This document shows, one piece after another, positions 1 through 12,602 of a stretch of 64,000 nt of DNA. The position numbers and the translations under genes are program-made. This DNA comes from Octopus vulgaris. Its lineage: Eukaryota. Position 1 is the stretch's first letter. Every line of letters begins with the position of its first letter. The DNA is taken from the NCBI GenBank assembly GCA_951406725.2, contig OX597814.1, positions 208,630,001 through 208,694,000 on the forward strand. Direction: 5' to 3'. The notes beneath the pieces were generated by a model. It saw nothing but the letters and a program-made list of their open reading frames with translations, searched no databases and was not told where the DNA came from.

Positions 1-67
1 TCTCTTACGAGGTTTTTCACGCTAACTACTGATAATTTCTTATAAAGATTTTATCCTCAATTTTAAA

Positions 68-187
<120 letters not shown>

Positions 188-199
188 AAGACATAAATA

Positions 200-1115
200 C
201 GGGAGTGGGACAAAACAATGGAAACACCTTAAGATTTCAAACAAATTTATCTTAATATGGGCTAGGACCGCCTTTGGCAGTAATTACAGCTTGAATTCTA
301 CGAGGTATGGACTCGTACAAAGTTTGAATTGTTTCCAAAGGAATTTTTGTCCATTCTTCAGCTAAAGAAGCCCCCCAGATCATCACAGATCCACCTCCAT
401 GTTTAACAGTTGAAAGAAGGCAGTCTGGGTCAAATAGTTCTTTTGGCTGTCACCACACGTATACTCGGCCGATGGTTGGAAATAAGTTAACTGATGACTC
501 GTCAGAGAAAATAATATTCTTCCACTGCTTTAGGGACCAATTCTGTAGGTTTGTTTTTGAAAGTAGTGGTTTTCTAATTGCAGCCATCCCATGAACTCCG
601 GTTTTGTGCAGCTCTCGACGAACAGATTTTGTGTAAACTGGGTTCTCGAGGTGGTCACAAAGTTCTGCAGTAATTTTGGGAGCTGTACTTTTGTGATCCT
701 TACTAACAATTTGCGTAAGAGTCCGACGGTCTATCTGAAAGTTTTAGTTTTATTCCGGAGTTTATATTTTTTTGACGAGGAGGTTTTTCCCTCTTTCTCA
801 AAGGCTATCATTACTTTCGCGACAGTACTTCTTGATACATCGAATGTTTCGGCTATTTTCGTTACGCTAGCGGCTGCCATACGAGCACTAACAATTTGAC
901 CTCTCTGAAAGTCCGATAGATCTGTCATTTTAATGAATTTTAATTACCTTTTTCTGATGATACCTGAAAAGAAATAGCAATTTTAGCAAAACATTAAGCA
1001 ACATTAATAATAAATCGAAGAACATAACAATAAACAAGCTTTTGACTGTTTTATAGATATTTCAAAATTATGATGCTATGATGCTAGGTGTTTCCATTAT
1101 TTTGTCTAACCCCTG
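200..1115 (-). mobile_element. Tc1-like DNA transposon relic, internally deleted
   Basis: Terminal inverted repeats cgggagtgggacaaaacaatggaaacacct (200-229) and aggtgtttccattattttgtctaacccctg (1086-1115), with TA on the left. Minus-strand ORF 731-928 (MTDLSDFQRGQIV...VTKIAETFDVSRSTVAKV) resembles the Tc1 transposase N-terminal HTH. Downstream remnants include an IFSDES-like motif near 500-520. Confidence 0.85.
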
Positions 1116-1222
1116 CATATACGTACATATATACGTACATATATATGCATATATATATATATATTCATATATACATATATATATATACACACACACATAT
1201 ATATATATATATATACACATAT

Positions 1223-1299
<77 letters not shown>

Positions 1300-1325
1300 T
1301 ATATATATGCAGACACACACATACA
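1116..1325. repeat. (TA)n/(CA)n microsatellite
   Basis: Visible; explains ORFs 1068-1484. Confidence 0.95.
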
Positions 1326-2235
1326 CGCATGTAGATAAATATGGACACAACACGCTATCTTTTGATGCGTCGTTAATCTGTGAATTAAATCCGATGATAA
1401 AGTATTAAAGATAGCCAGAATTCGGTTAATTAAAGGAAGAACGTTGTAAAAATGAAACAAGTTTACACATACAACATAAATCAATTTTAGTCACAATACA
1501 GACATGAGGAGTAGGAATAGGAGAAAAAGAAGAACAAGTGCAACAAATACAAGAACATCATCATTATCAACAACAGCAATAATAGCAGCAGCAACAACAA
1601 CAACAAAAAAAACTAGCACTAAGAGCAGCAACAATGACCATGAAGTAAGTAACAATGACCAACAGAAAACTGAAGCTATGGGACTTTTCAGTATGAGAGA
1701 ACATTTTAAGAGAAACATTGTTGTATATCACTTTGCAATCTGTGTAGAAAAATATGCTTCGTACTATTGTTATGCATGAGGACAAGTGAAGTAACAAATC
1801 AATCATCAATGCAGCAAAAATTAAATATAACAATGACTCACACACACACATACACACACGTATATGTGTGAGTGTATAAACATATACACATAAATGTGTA
1901 TATGTGTTTGAAGGTGTGTTTGTATGCATTATTGATAATGAACGGTAGTAGAGCGTTAATAGTTTAATTCCATCAGTCCTTATCCCCAGCTACTCCAAAC
2001 TATAAAAATATGCTTCATCAAACGAAAACCCGTCCGGATTTTCGATTGACCATTTTGGTTGAAGGTATGCAACGACAAACAACATAGCTAAATGCTCATA
2101 AATTCCTGATCAGTCGAAAGAGAACGATCCTTTATGCTCAGAGGTTGAAATAATGTATACGTTGCTTTATTAGGCAAATCGTTCTACAGAACTGTCATTC
2201 AGAAAGTTAGTCGATGCAAGTGTGAAGGTGCGTGG

Positions 2236-2619
2236 GGAGGCGCAATGGCCCAGTGGTTAGGGCAGCGGAATCGCGGTCGTAGGATCGCGGTTTCGAATCC
2301 CAGAACGGGCGTTGTGAGTGTTTATTGAGCGAAAACACCTAAAAGCTCCACGAGGCTCCGGCAGGGGATGGTGGTGATCCCTGCTGTACTCTTTCACCAC
2401 AACTTTCTCTCACTCTTACTTCCTGTTTCTGTTGTACCTTGTATTTCAAAGGGCCGGCCTTGTCACTCTCTGTGTCACGCTGAATATCCCCGAGAACTGC
2501 GTTAAGGGTACACGTGTCTGTGGAGTGCTCAGCCACTTGCACGTTAATTTCACGAGCAGGCTGTTCCGTTGATCGGATCAACCGGAACCCTCGTCGTCGT
2601 AACCGATGGAGTGCTTCCA
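2236..2619 (+). mobile_element. tRNA-derived SINE (young copy), nested in an older related SINE
   Basis: A-box tggcccagtgg and B-box gtttcgaatcc; flanked by the direct repeat aaggtgcgtgg (2225-2235 and 2620-2630). Confidence 0.8.
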
Positions 2620-2935
2620 AAGGTGCGTGGCTTAGGGTTAGGATCTTTGGCTCACGATCGTATGGTTGTGAGTTCGATTCACTGTGGTGCGTTGTGTCCT
2701 CCAGAAAGACACTTTATTTCACGTTTCTCCAGCCCAGTCAGCTGGCAAACATGAATTGTACCTGTACTTCAAAGGAATAATCTTGTCACATTCTGTGTCA
2801 CGCTGAATCTCCTGAGAACTATGTTAAGGGTACATGTATCTATGGGGTACTCAGCCACGTTAATTTTACCAGCTGCCTGTTCCGTTGATCTGAGCAACTG
2901 GAACAATCATCGTTGTAACCAATGGAGAACCAGGC
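2620..2935 (+). mobile_element. Older tRNA-derived SINE of a related family
   Basis: B-box gagttcgattc; body ttgtcacattctgtgtcacgctgaat...ctgttccgttgatc is shared with 2460-2575. Confidence 0.7.
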
Positions 2936-3346
2936 CATGCAAGTATACACTCACATACATAAGGATCATAAGTCTAAAACTTAATCAGGTTTTCATGTCG
3001 TTTAAGTAACCGAGAATACAAAATGAGTACCAGCAACAGCAGCTGGTACTCCTTTTCAGTTGTATGGAATTGAGCAGAGTGAAATGAAGAACACAACATA
3101 CCTTCCGGTTTGGGAATGGAAATCATCAACTTTCAATCGTGAGTTCAACACCCACACCTCAAGGGTACACCACTTCACACTCATACAAATACATACATAC
3201 AAGCATACATATATGCACGTGTGTGTACACACACGCGCGCGCGCACACACACATACACACATAGAACTGCAGTATGAACATTAACAAATATATCCTTAAA
3301 CATTAGTACGCTATTATAGTGATGTAGATCCTGTGAAACAATATTT

Positions 3347-3629
3347 CGCGCGCGCGCGCGAGTGAGTGAGTGAGTGAGTGAGTGTGAGAGTGAGAGAGTG
3401 AGTGAGTGAGTGAGTGAGTGAGTGAGAGTGAGTGAGTGAGTGAGTGAGTGAGTGAGTGAGTGAGTGAGTGAGTGAGTGAGTGAGTGAGTGAGTGAGAGTG
3501 AGTGAGTGAGTGAGTGAGTGAGTGAGTGAGTGAGTGAGTGAGTGAGTGAGTGAGTGAGTGAGTGAGTGTGAGTGAGTGTGAGAGTGAGTGAGTGAGTGAG
3601 TGAGTGAATGAGTGAGTGAGTGAGTGAGT

Positions 3630-3660
<31 letters not shown>

Positions 3661-3668
3661 TGAGAGAG
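3347..3668. repeat. (CG)n, (GAGT)n and (GA)n microsatellite
   Basis: Visible. Confidence 0.95.
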
Positions 3669-5016
3669 ATATCGTTGATAACATGTTTAGAATAAATAGC
3701 AGAAAAGCATACATTTCACATATAAGTAAGTATTTAATCTGCGTTACAGTTGTTTCAAAAGAGTACATAATTAATAAGTCATGTGTCACCCATATTTTCG
3801 GAAGAAAAAGAGGAAAAATGGCAACCACGAAAGAATTGCACTTTCCGGATTATCATTTTTCATTCTTTTCTCTCGAAGATATTGATGACACTTCAACTTC
3901 TAAGTTTATTAAGCATTTTAACTACATAATGAAATAAATAACGGTGTTTTATTCCATTGAAACAGTTGTAGAGCATAAATTATGAACCATATTTCATATT
4001 GATGCTCTTCTGCATTATATGCACGCACAAACATAAGCACAGACACGTGTACATACACATACACACAACAAACACATATATATACATATATAATTTTAGG
4101 TACGACTTCGTCTAGAAGAGGGAGAACTCAGTATATGAGTATCCAATGGATTTTTTATAAGGGTAACTGAAGGAACAACTCTTTCCATACATGAATATTT
4201 GTATATGCGTAACTCTTTGTATGTATTACTCATTTGTGCATATTTATAAATACACATCCATATGACTGGAGCTCTAAGTGTGTGTGTGTGTAACTTACAG
4301 AGTAAAAAGCTTGAAAGGTTGACAGACTTTTGCTTGCCGCAATTCGAAGTGATTGTCAACGTTTGCCTTGTAAATGTTCACTCCTTGTAAACATGTGCTC
4401 CACTAAAAAGTATTAAGTAACCCTTCGGCTTAATATTAAATTACTTTTAGATATAACCTGACAACCCTCACCTCCACGCCAAAAAACATGAATATATATG
4501 TATGAAAAGGTCTGATAAAGACAAGCTGCAAGGATGCAATTTGTATTATTTTCCCTTACGTATGTCACTACTATGCACTGTAGTTGTTTGCATCCTCTAC
4601 AGTGGGTGGGTGTTCAAAGTGCAATTGGATGAAGAGCCCCAACGGTTTATCAGAACACTTCATAGCATTATATTTACACAAATTAAATGCTTGCGGGGAA
4701 ACATAGTACATAATGTATTAAGCGTAAAAATGATGCATTAAAGTTTTCCCCAGAACTGTTGTGATTTGGAGTCCAATTGCTCTTTGAACACGATCAGCAG
4801 AGGATGCAAATACACACGAAGGTGAAACGTACGTAGGGAATAAATTGTATAAATTGTATCGTTGGTTTATCATAATTTCTACTACATTTGCTCTGTATAT
4901 CATAACCAGAAATACTGCAGGAACTATATATATATATATATATATATAGTTCTATATTTAAGAGATGAGGAATTATGTACATTTGACGGATATTTGTCCT
5001 CATTTCGTTTGTTGTT

Positions 5017-5062
5017 AACACAACGTTTCGGCTGATGTACCCTCTAGCTATCATCAGGTGTC
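5017..5062 (-). ncRNA. Minimal type I hammerhead ribozyme motif (PLE-type)
   Basis: Minus strand reads GACAC CUGAUGA uagcuagaggguacaucagcc GAAA CGUU GUGUU. Stem I is GACAC/GUGUU; stem II is partly decayed. Confidence 0.65.
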
Positions 5063-5133
5063 TTGGGAAAGTTTCGATCCTGGGTTCTCATACCTAAAGT
5101 ATTCTTCGATTATTGTTATTAAAATTATTATCA

Positions 5134-5176
<43 letters not shown>

Positions 5177-5180
<4 letters not shown>

Positions 5181-5245
5181 ATCACTGCTTGGAATCGAAT
5201 TCGGAATCTTAGGGTTAGTAGCCCGCGCTCTTAACCCGTGAGCAA
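5177..5245 (-). other. tRNA-like (Pol III promoter-like) segment
   Basis: Minus strand reads ...ggttaagagcgcGGGctactaaCCCtaagattccgaattcgattccaagc, giving an anticodon-like arm and a B-box-like GAATTCGATTCC. The A-box is degenerate. Confidence 0.55.
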
Positions 5246-5488
5246 TTATGGGGTAAATTTTAGGGCTTATAAATCTAATATTTTCGTGATGCACACCACG
5301 AAGAAATGATCAAGCTCAATAACAATCTTTTAAGCAACATCTACCCCAAAACATACTATCCATCCCAATTATGAAGAAAAGAGATGAAATTAATAAACTG
5401 TCCACCCTATGTGAAAGGCCTCTCCGAAAACAACAACAACATCGGAAAATACCTTAGGAATGAGAACCCAGGTTCGAAATTTCCCCAA

Positions 5489-5534
5489 GACACCTGATGA
5501 GGGCTGGAGAGTATATCAGCCGAAACGTTTTGTT
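5489..5534 (+). ncRNA. Minimal type I hammerhead ribozyme motif (PLE-type)
   Basis: GACAC CTGATGA g GGCTG gagagtatat CAGCC GAAA CGTT ttgtt: intact core, 5-bp stem II and palindromic AACGTT stem III. Confidence 0.75.
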
Positions 5535-5947
5535 AACAACAAACAAGATGAGGACAAATATCCGTCAAATGTAAATAATGTATATATATATTATTTGCAG
5601 AGAGAGACAGACAGACAGAGAAAGAGAGAAATTATGAATTGAAATACGCTGAAAAAGTTATCAGAGAAAAGGGAAAAACGGAAAGAAAAGAGAAAAACAA
5701 AGAGGAATACCAAAGCATTTTAAATTATATATATATATGAGAGAGAAACCTAATGTCTATTAAGACTCGATGAAATTGTTAGCCAACATGATCTAAAAAG
5801 AAATGTCTAATTGTAGCTGGTAAATAAAGATAGCAGGTTCCATGTCAACTGCAGACTAAGCATTCGACATCAAGGTAGAAATGAATACTCCTGGTCTCCA
5901 GTTGATCACTGCTCACAGAGGACGGGCAGGACAGCGTAGTTAAGCTA

Positions 5948-5993
5948 AATGATAATGATGACGATGATGATGATGATAACTACGACGACGACT

Positions 5994-6030
<37 letters not shown>

Positions 6031-6200
6031 CGATGACGATGATGATGATGACGATGATGATGATGATGATGATGATGACGATGATGACGATGATGATGAT
6101 GATGATGATGATGATGAGGATGATGATGATGATGAAGTTGTGGTTGAAGATGATGACGAGAATGATGAAGAAGACGATGAGTTTGGTGAAAGCGATCATG
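5948..6200. repeat. (ATG)n/(ACG) trinucleotide repeat
   Basis: Visible; explains the poly-M and poly-I ORFs. Confidence 0.95.
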
Positions 6201-6619
6201 AATGAGAATGGATGACGGGTATGATGTGGAAGAAGGGAATGATGACGTCTATGACAATGATGCGAGTTATTATGTTTAGGAGGAAGAGTAAAATGATGTT
6301 GGATGGAACGAGTGCGGGATATGGCATAGGCTTATGACGATAACGATGCTGAAGTGAAGGAGAGTAAAGAGGCGACGAAAGGCACGGAAGGAAAGGACCT
6401 AAAAGGATCTTGACACCAACGCACGTGAGAGGAATGGAGGGCGTGATTGAGAAGAGTAAGAAGAATAAGTGACATGCCGGCGAAGAGGATGAAGACAAAT
6501 CTAATGACATGAGGGAGGGAAGGAAGAGAGAGACATCGTGAAGAGAGAAGCAGACGACACATACAAAGTGAGTAGGAAGAGAATGAGTGGAGCAGAAGCC
6601 GCGAGTGCGAAAAGAGTGG

Positions 6620-7114
6620 GAGGGACAGATGACGTGAATGGAACAGACAAGTTGAGTGTAAAGTGACTAACGAGGGACAGATGACGTGAGTGGAACAGAC
6701 AAGCTGAGTGTAAAGTGACTAACGAGGGACAGATGACGTGAGTGGAACAGACAAGCTGAGTGTAAAGTGACTAACGAGGGACAGATGACGTGAGTGGAAC
6801 AGACAAGCTGAGTGTAAAGTGACTAACGAGGGACAGATGACGTGAGTGGAACAGACAAGCTGAGTGTAAAGTGACTAACGAGGGACAGATGACGTGAGTG
6901 GAACAGACAAGCTGAGTGTAAAGTGACTAACGAGGGACAGATGACGTGAGTGGAACAGACAAGCTGAGTGTAAAGTGACTAACGAGGGACAGATGACGTG
7001 AGTGGAACAGACAAGCTGAGTGTAAAGTGACTGACGAGGGACAGATGACGTGAGTGGAACAGACAAGCTGAGTGAAAAGTGACGAACGAGGGACAGATGA
7101 CGTGAGTGGAACAG
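6620..7114. repeat. 52-bp minisatellite, about 9.5 near-identical copies
   Basis: Unit gagggacagatgacgtgagtggaacagacaagctgagtgtaaagtgactaac starts at 6620, 6672, 6724 ... 7088. Confidence 0.95.
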
Positions 7115-7245
7115 AAAAAGAGAAGTGAATACACGAGTGAGAGGGACAGACGATTTGAGTGAGGAAAATTGTGGAGGAGGAAATGACGTGAGAAGAGAAA
7201 GAGAGACGAACAGTCGACACGGGAGAGAGAGGAAAAGAGAGAGAG

Positions 7246-7337
7246 AGAAGAAGAAGAAGAAGAAGAAGAAGAAGAAGAAGAAGAAGAAGAAGAAGAAGAA
7301 GAAGAAGAAGAAGAAGAAGAAGAAGAAGAAGAAGAAG
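7246..7337. repeat. (AAG)n microsatellite
   Basis: Visible. Confidence 0.95.
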
Positions 7338-7559
7338 AGACGAAAGGGGGAAAAACAAATAATAAAAGCAACTCGTTTTGACAGGTTGCTGTTAACAGTT
7401 TTCCTAACACTTGCTTCAGCTACAATTGTTTTATTTTGGCACATTATTCGGTGCAGTAACGGCAATCATGCATCGCACGTCCAATACACATACACGCGCA
7501 CACACAAACATGCACAAATGTATACACATATATGTATATAGATCATATATTATCGCTGT

Positions 7560-7990
7560 ACATAAATTTTATATAAAACATATATATATTTGTATACATA
7601 TATGTGTGTGTACATATATATATATATATATATATACGTATATATGTGTATATATGTATATATGTATATATATATGCATATATATGTGTATATATGTATA
7701 TATATATGTATATATGTATATATATATGTATATATATATATATGTATGTATATATATATGTATATATATATGTATATATATATGTATATATATATATATA
7801 CATATATACACACATATATATATACATATACATATTTATATACACATATACATATATATATACACATATATATACATATATACACATATATATATACATA
7901 TATATATACATATATACACATATGTACGTATACATATACATTTATATATACATATATTCATATATATATGCATACATATACATATATATA
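7560..7990. repeat. Degenerate (TA)/(TG)/(CA) tract
   Basis: Visible. Confidence 0.9.
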
Positions 7991-8375
7991 TCTCTCTCTA
8001 TATAAACGGCAGTTTGTCTGTGCGTTTTCTGTGTGTCTGTTTTCTCGTACCCTCACTCTGACCACGGCTTTCAACCGATTCTGATGAAACTTGACACACA
8101 CATAGCCCAATGTCATAATTCAAAACTAACGCAGCGAAAATTTTGAAAAGTTCCCCCAGTTCTGAAAAAAATCGATAAATTCGACATGGGGTCGAGAATC
8201 AAAAGAAACAAACCACAGACTGTCTAGGGGACACAACTCAACCTTTTTTTACTCTCAAAAAAAATTTACCATCATTTTTTTCCCATTTTTTTGCTATTTT
8301 TTGGCTATAACTCTCTAAAAATGCTTTATAGTTATTTCCCTTACAAACCTGAGCAACGCCGGGCGATACTGCTAG
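7991..8375 (+). mobile_element. Non-autonomous Helitron
   Basis: 5' TC(tctctc)tatataaacggca; 3' end gagcaacgccgggcgatactgCTAG followed by T; 3' end shared with the copies at 28769 and 50871. Confidence 0.8.
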
Positions 8376-8422
8376 TATATATATATATACTTTATTTTAA
8401 GCAGCAGAAAATTCAACAAAAT

Positions 8423-8460
8423 CTGTTACTCTGAGTTTCTCGTTGCCGTTCATCAGACAG
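8423..8460 (-). ncRNA. Type I hammerhead ribozyme motif (second family)
   Basis: Minus strand reads CUGU CUGAUGA a CG gcaa CG a GAAA CUCAGAG UA ACAG: stem I CUGU/ACAG, GNRA-capped stem II, GUA cleavage triplet. Confidence 0.65.
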
Positions 8461-8466
8461 TTTTTG

Positions 8467-8519
<53 letters not shown>

Positions 8520-9564
8520 TAAATATATACACATACACATACATATACACACATACACACACAGATAAATACATAACCATATATATTAGGAGGTTTGGAG
8601 GTGCTGTACAGATATTATTAGAAAAAATGTGCGTGTGAGTGTATATATATATATATATATATATATATCACACACACTCACACACACACAAATAAATACA
8701 TAAACAGATTTGTTTGTATTTTTTCAATCTCGAACAACACACTCGCACACACGCACACACATAACCACAAAAATATACATACTCGTCCACACATACACAC
8801 ACACATACACACACACTGCAGTACTGCAGAACATAGGATAACCATGTCAAAATTAAAGAAAAAAAAAAGAGGTTAATAAATAAAATAAACTACAAAACAA
8901 TAACAAAGACGCGTCCCAACATGAGATGCACTATAGTCATTTTTAAAGAACCATCATCATCATCAGTAACAACATCACGGAATTACGGGATGGACAAGCC
9001 TCTGCCTGGTTGTTCACCATGCTAGAAATAGCAGCCAAAGTCTTAGATAACCCAATCCCCCCTTACACGCCAAAAAAAAAAAAACGGACGAGATTGTCAA
9101 GGTAGGATTGATTACGTTTGGACATAGGCATGTCCAGTATGGGTTGGCCGGGGTTATAGAATATCATCAACATCATTATCATCATCATCTCATCACCGTC
9201 GTCGTCGTCATGATGTCCGTTATAATTTAACACTACTATAGGATAAATCAACTTTCACTTTCGAAATGCACGCCAATTGCAATCATCGCACGCGCTCGCA
9301 TGCATATACACTTACACGCTCTTGCATTCATACATAGCACGGTACCCAAACATACAATCGTTACAGACGTACATATTTTCGCGCGCAAACGTATATTTGA
9401 GTATTTACAAACATGCATACATGCACAATCACACTATCGCACGTAAATGTTTACACACACACACACACGCACACGTACGAACACACACACGTACACACAC
9501 ACTCACACACACAAACTGTCAACACAAACATGTTACTTTAGTTCCACGAGAAAATGATGAAACT

Positions 9565-9868
9565 CTGTATGTGTGAGTGTGTGTGGGTATGTGTGTGTGT
9601 GTATGTGTGTGTGTGTGTGTGTGTGTGTTTATATATATATATACATACATACATATATATATAGATAGATATGTATATATGTGCGTGTGTGTATGTGCAC
9701 GCGCACGAGTGCGTTTGTATCCATGTATTTAACACACACACACACACATGTATATATATATATACACACACACACATATATATATACATACATACACACA
9801 CACACATATATATATACACACACACACACATATATATACACACATATATATATACACACACACACATA

Positions 9869-9902
<34 letters not shown>

Positions 9903-9937
9903 CACACACATATATATATACACACACACACATATAT

Positions 9938-9968
<31 letters not shown>

Positions 9969-9986
9969 TATATATATATATACACA

Positions 9987-10071
<85 letters not shown>

Positions 10072-10227
10072 TGTATTTGTGTCTGTGTGTGTGTCTATGT
10101 ATTATTTATATGCTATTCCGTGTTTGAATTCAATCATTAATCTATGATTACGTATTTAGCTGTTTATATATGAATGTTTCCCGTGTACGTACTTATTTCT
10201 TTCTTTGACTGTGTGTTTGTGTGCATA

Positions 10228-10295
<68 letters not shown>
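9565..10295. repeat. Compound (TG)/(TA)/(CA) microsatellites
   Basis: Visible. Confidence 0.95.
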
Positions 10296-10299
<4 letters not shown>

Positions 10300-10765
10300 G
10301 CATATCTATATATATTTCTACGCATGTTCGATTGTAGGTTCAATAACTGCAGATACGTAAAAGTATGCTTATGTATGCGTGCTTATACGTTTATATTTCG
10401 CACGTACAGAATTTGCACTGCACGTATTCATAACCATATATCACATGCCGGTTCGATCCCAAGTTAATACATCTTCACTTACATTGTTTAATGTCCTTGG
10501 TTGAGAACAACATCTAAACCACAGAGCCCTACTCAGAACCGCTATAAATAACTTGCACAAGCTTTAAGTATATGTATATGCGAAAGCGGTTTACAGTTTG
10601 TGCCTGTATGCGTGCGTGAGTGCCTTGTATATTTTTTTACGTGTATTTCGCAGGTTTGATATAAGTTTCTATGATGTATGACCTTGAATCAAGATGTTCC
10701 TGTATAAATTTCAGAAGGAAGCGTGCGTAAAAGAGAAGGGTATGCGCGTTGGTGTTGAGTGAGCG

Positions 10766-10766
<1 letters not shown>

Positions 10767-10831
<65 letters not shown>

Positions 10832-10856
10832 GTCTATCTATCTATCTATCTATCTA

Positions 10857-10919
<63 letters not shown>

Positions 10920-11009
10920 GTCTGTCTGTCTATCTATCTGTCTATCTATCTGTCTATCTATCTGTCTATCTATCTGTCTGTCTATCTATAAATATGTAAA
11001 TATATTTGT

Positions 11010-11076
<67 letters not shown>

Positions 11077-11225
11077 TATATAACATATATATATGCATGT
11101 ATATATGCATGTATGCATGTATATATGTATGTATGTATGTTTCTGTATATATATTCGTGCATATATCCATACATGCACGTATAAACATACCTGGAGGCAT
11201 GCATTCAAGCATACCTAAATATCTG

Positions 11226-11270
<45 letters not shown>

Positions 11271-11287
11271 GAAATATATATAAACAT

Positions 11288-11334
<47 letters not shown>

Positions 11335-11461
11335 GAAATATACATATATATATGTGTGTGTGTTTGTGTATGTATAATATATGAAACTATTCATTAATTT
11401 GCATATATGTGTAGAGTAGTTTAGATACAATGAGTTACTGTTTCAAATACATGCACACAAT

Positions 11462-11492
<31 letters not shown>

Positions 11493-11609
11493 CACACACA
11501 AACGCACACACACACACACAAGTATATTTGCTTGTGTAAGTTTATATGTGTGTGCTTCTGTAATTGAACGTTCAAATATGTGTATGTGTTTATAAATATA
11601 CACGAAAAT

Positions 11610-11670
<61 letters not shown>

Positions 11671-11970
11671 AACACACACATACACACACACATTATGCAT
11701 GTACGTAATCGCGAGCTTGTATATCTGAAAACATTTGATAAAATTTTCATTATCTCTCTCTATATATATATAACTGTTTATCCATTAAACAAGAAACCAA
11801 CAAAGAAAATGAACTTACATTTATTAGATTTAATGTAAATTGTCCGATCTTTCCTTCAGCACTGGTTGGTTAAGTTCGTTGGTCTGTGACTTGAAACAAC
11901 TATATCTAACTGAGCTTTCCTGCGTATAAAATCAAAAATCCCTCGTTGTTATTAATAATAGTATATGTAT

Positions 11971-12001
<31 letters not shown>

Positions 12002-12351
12002 CATGTGTTTAGATTTATAGGCTTATGTGTGTGTGTATGTGTGGATGTGTGTATGCGTGTGTATGTATATATTGATCTATAAATATTATACTTGTATGTC
12101 GAACCTAGTTTTGCTTTGTGGTGTTACCTGAGTTTAGTTAAATATATATGCATATGTGTGTGTGTGTGTGTATATATATATATACACACATGCATATCTA
12201 TGTATGTGTGTGTTCCGTAACAGGAAGTGGATGAGATGAGGTGACCAAAAGAAAATAGAGGAATTCAAAAAGTAAAATATAAAAATATACAGACATCTAT
12301 GCATGCGTGCATACATTCAAACACACACAGACACATTTATGTGTGTGTGTG

Positions 12352-12401
<50 letters not shown>

Positions 12402-12489
12402 TACATACATAGATATACATACATATAAACATATATATATATATACACATACATACACACATACATACGTACACACACGCACACATACA

Positions 12490-12521
<32 letters not shown>

Positions 12522-12524
12522 CAC

Positions 12525-12600
<76 letters not shown>
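10767..12600. repeat. (TATC)/(TGTC), (TA), (CA) and (CATA) microsatellite cluster
   Basis: Visible. Confidence 0.9.

Positions 12601-12602
<2 letters not shown>

Larger units (their letters stand above)
4965..5582. mobile_element. Penelope-like element derivative with inverted pseudo-LTRs
   Basis: About 4975-5110 is the reverse complement of about 5441-5575. The spacer carries PLE-like ORF remnants on + (NNLLSNIYPK near 5320-5350; PYVKGLSE at 5405-5428). Each arm holds a hammerhead motif. Confidence 0.7.

Noticed and set aside
6620-7114. CRISPR-like array
   Set aside because: Units are fully identical with no unique spacers, there are no cas genes, and the context is eukaryotic.
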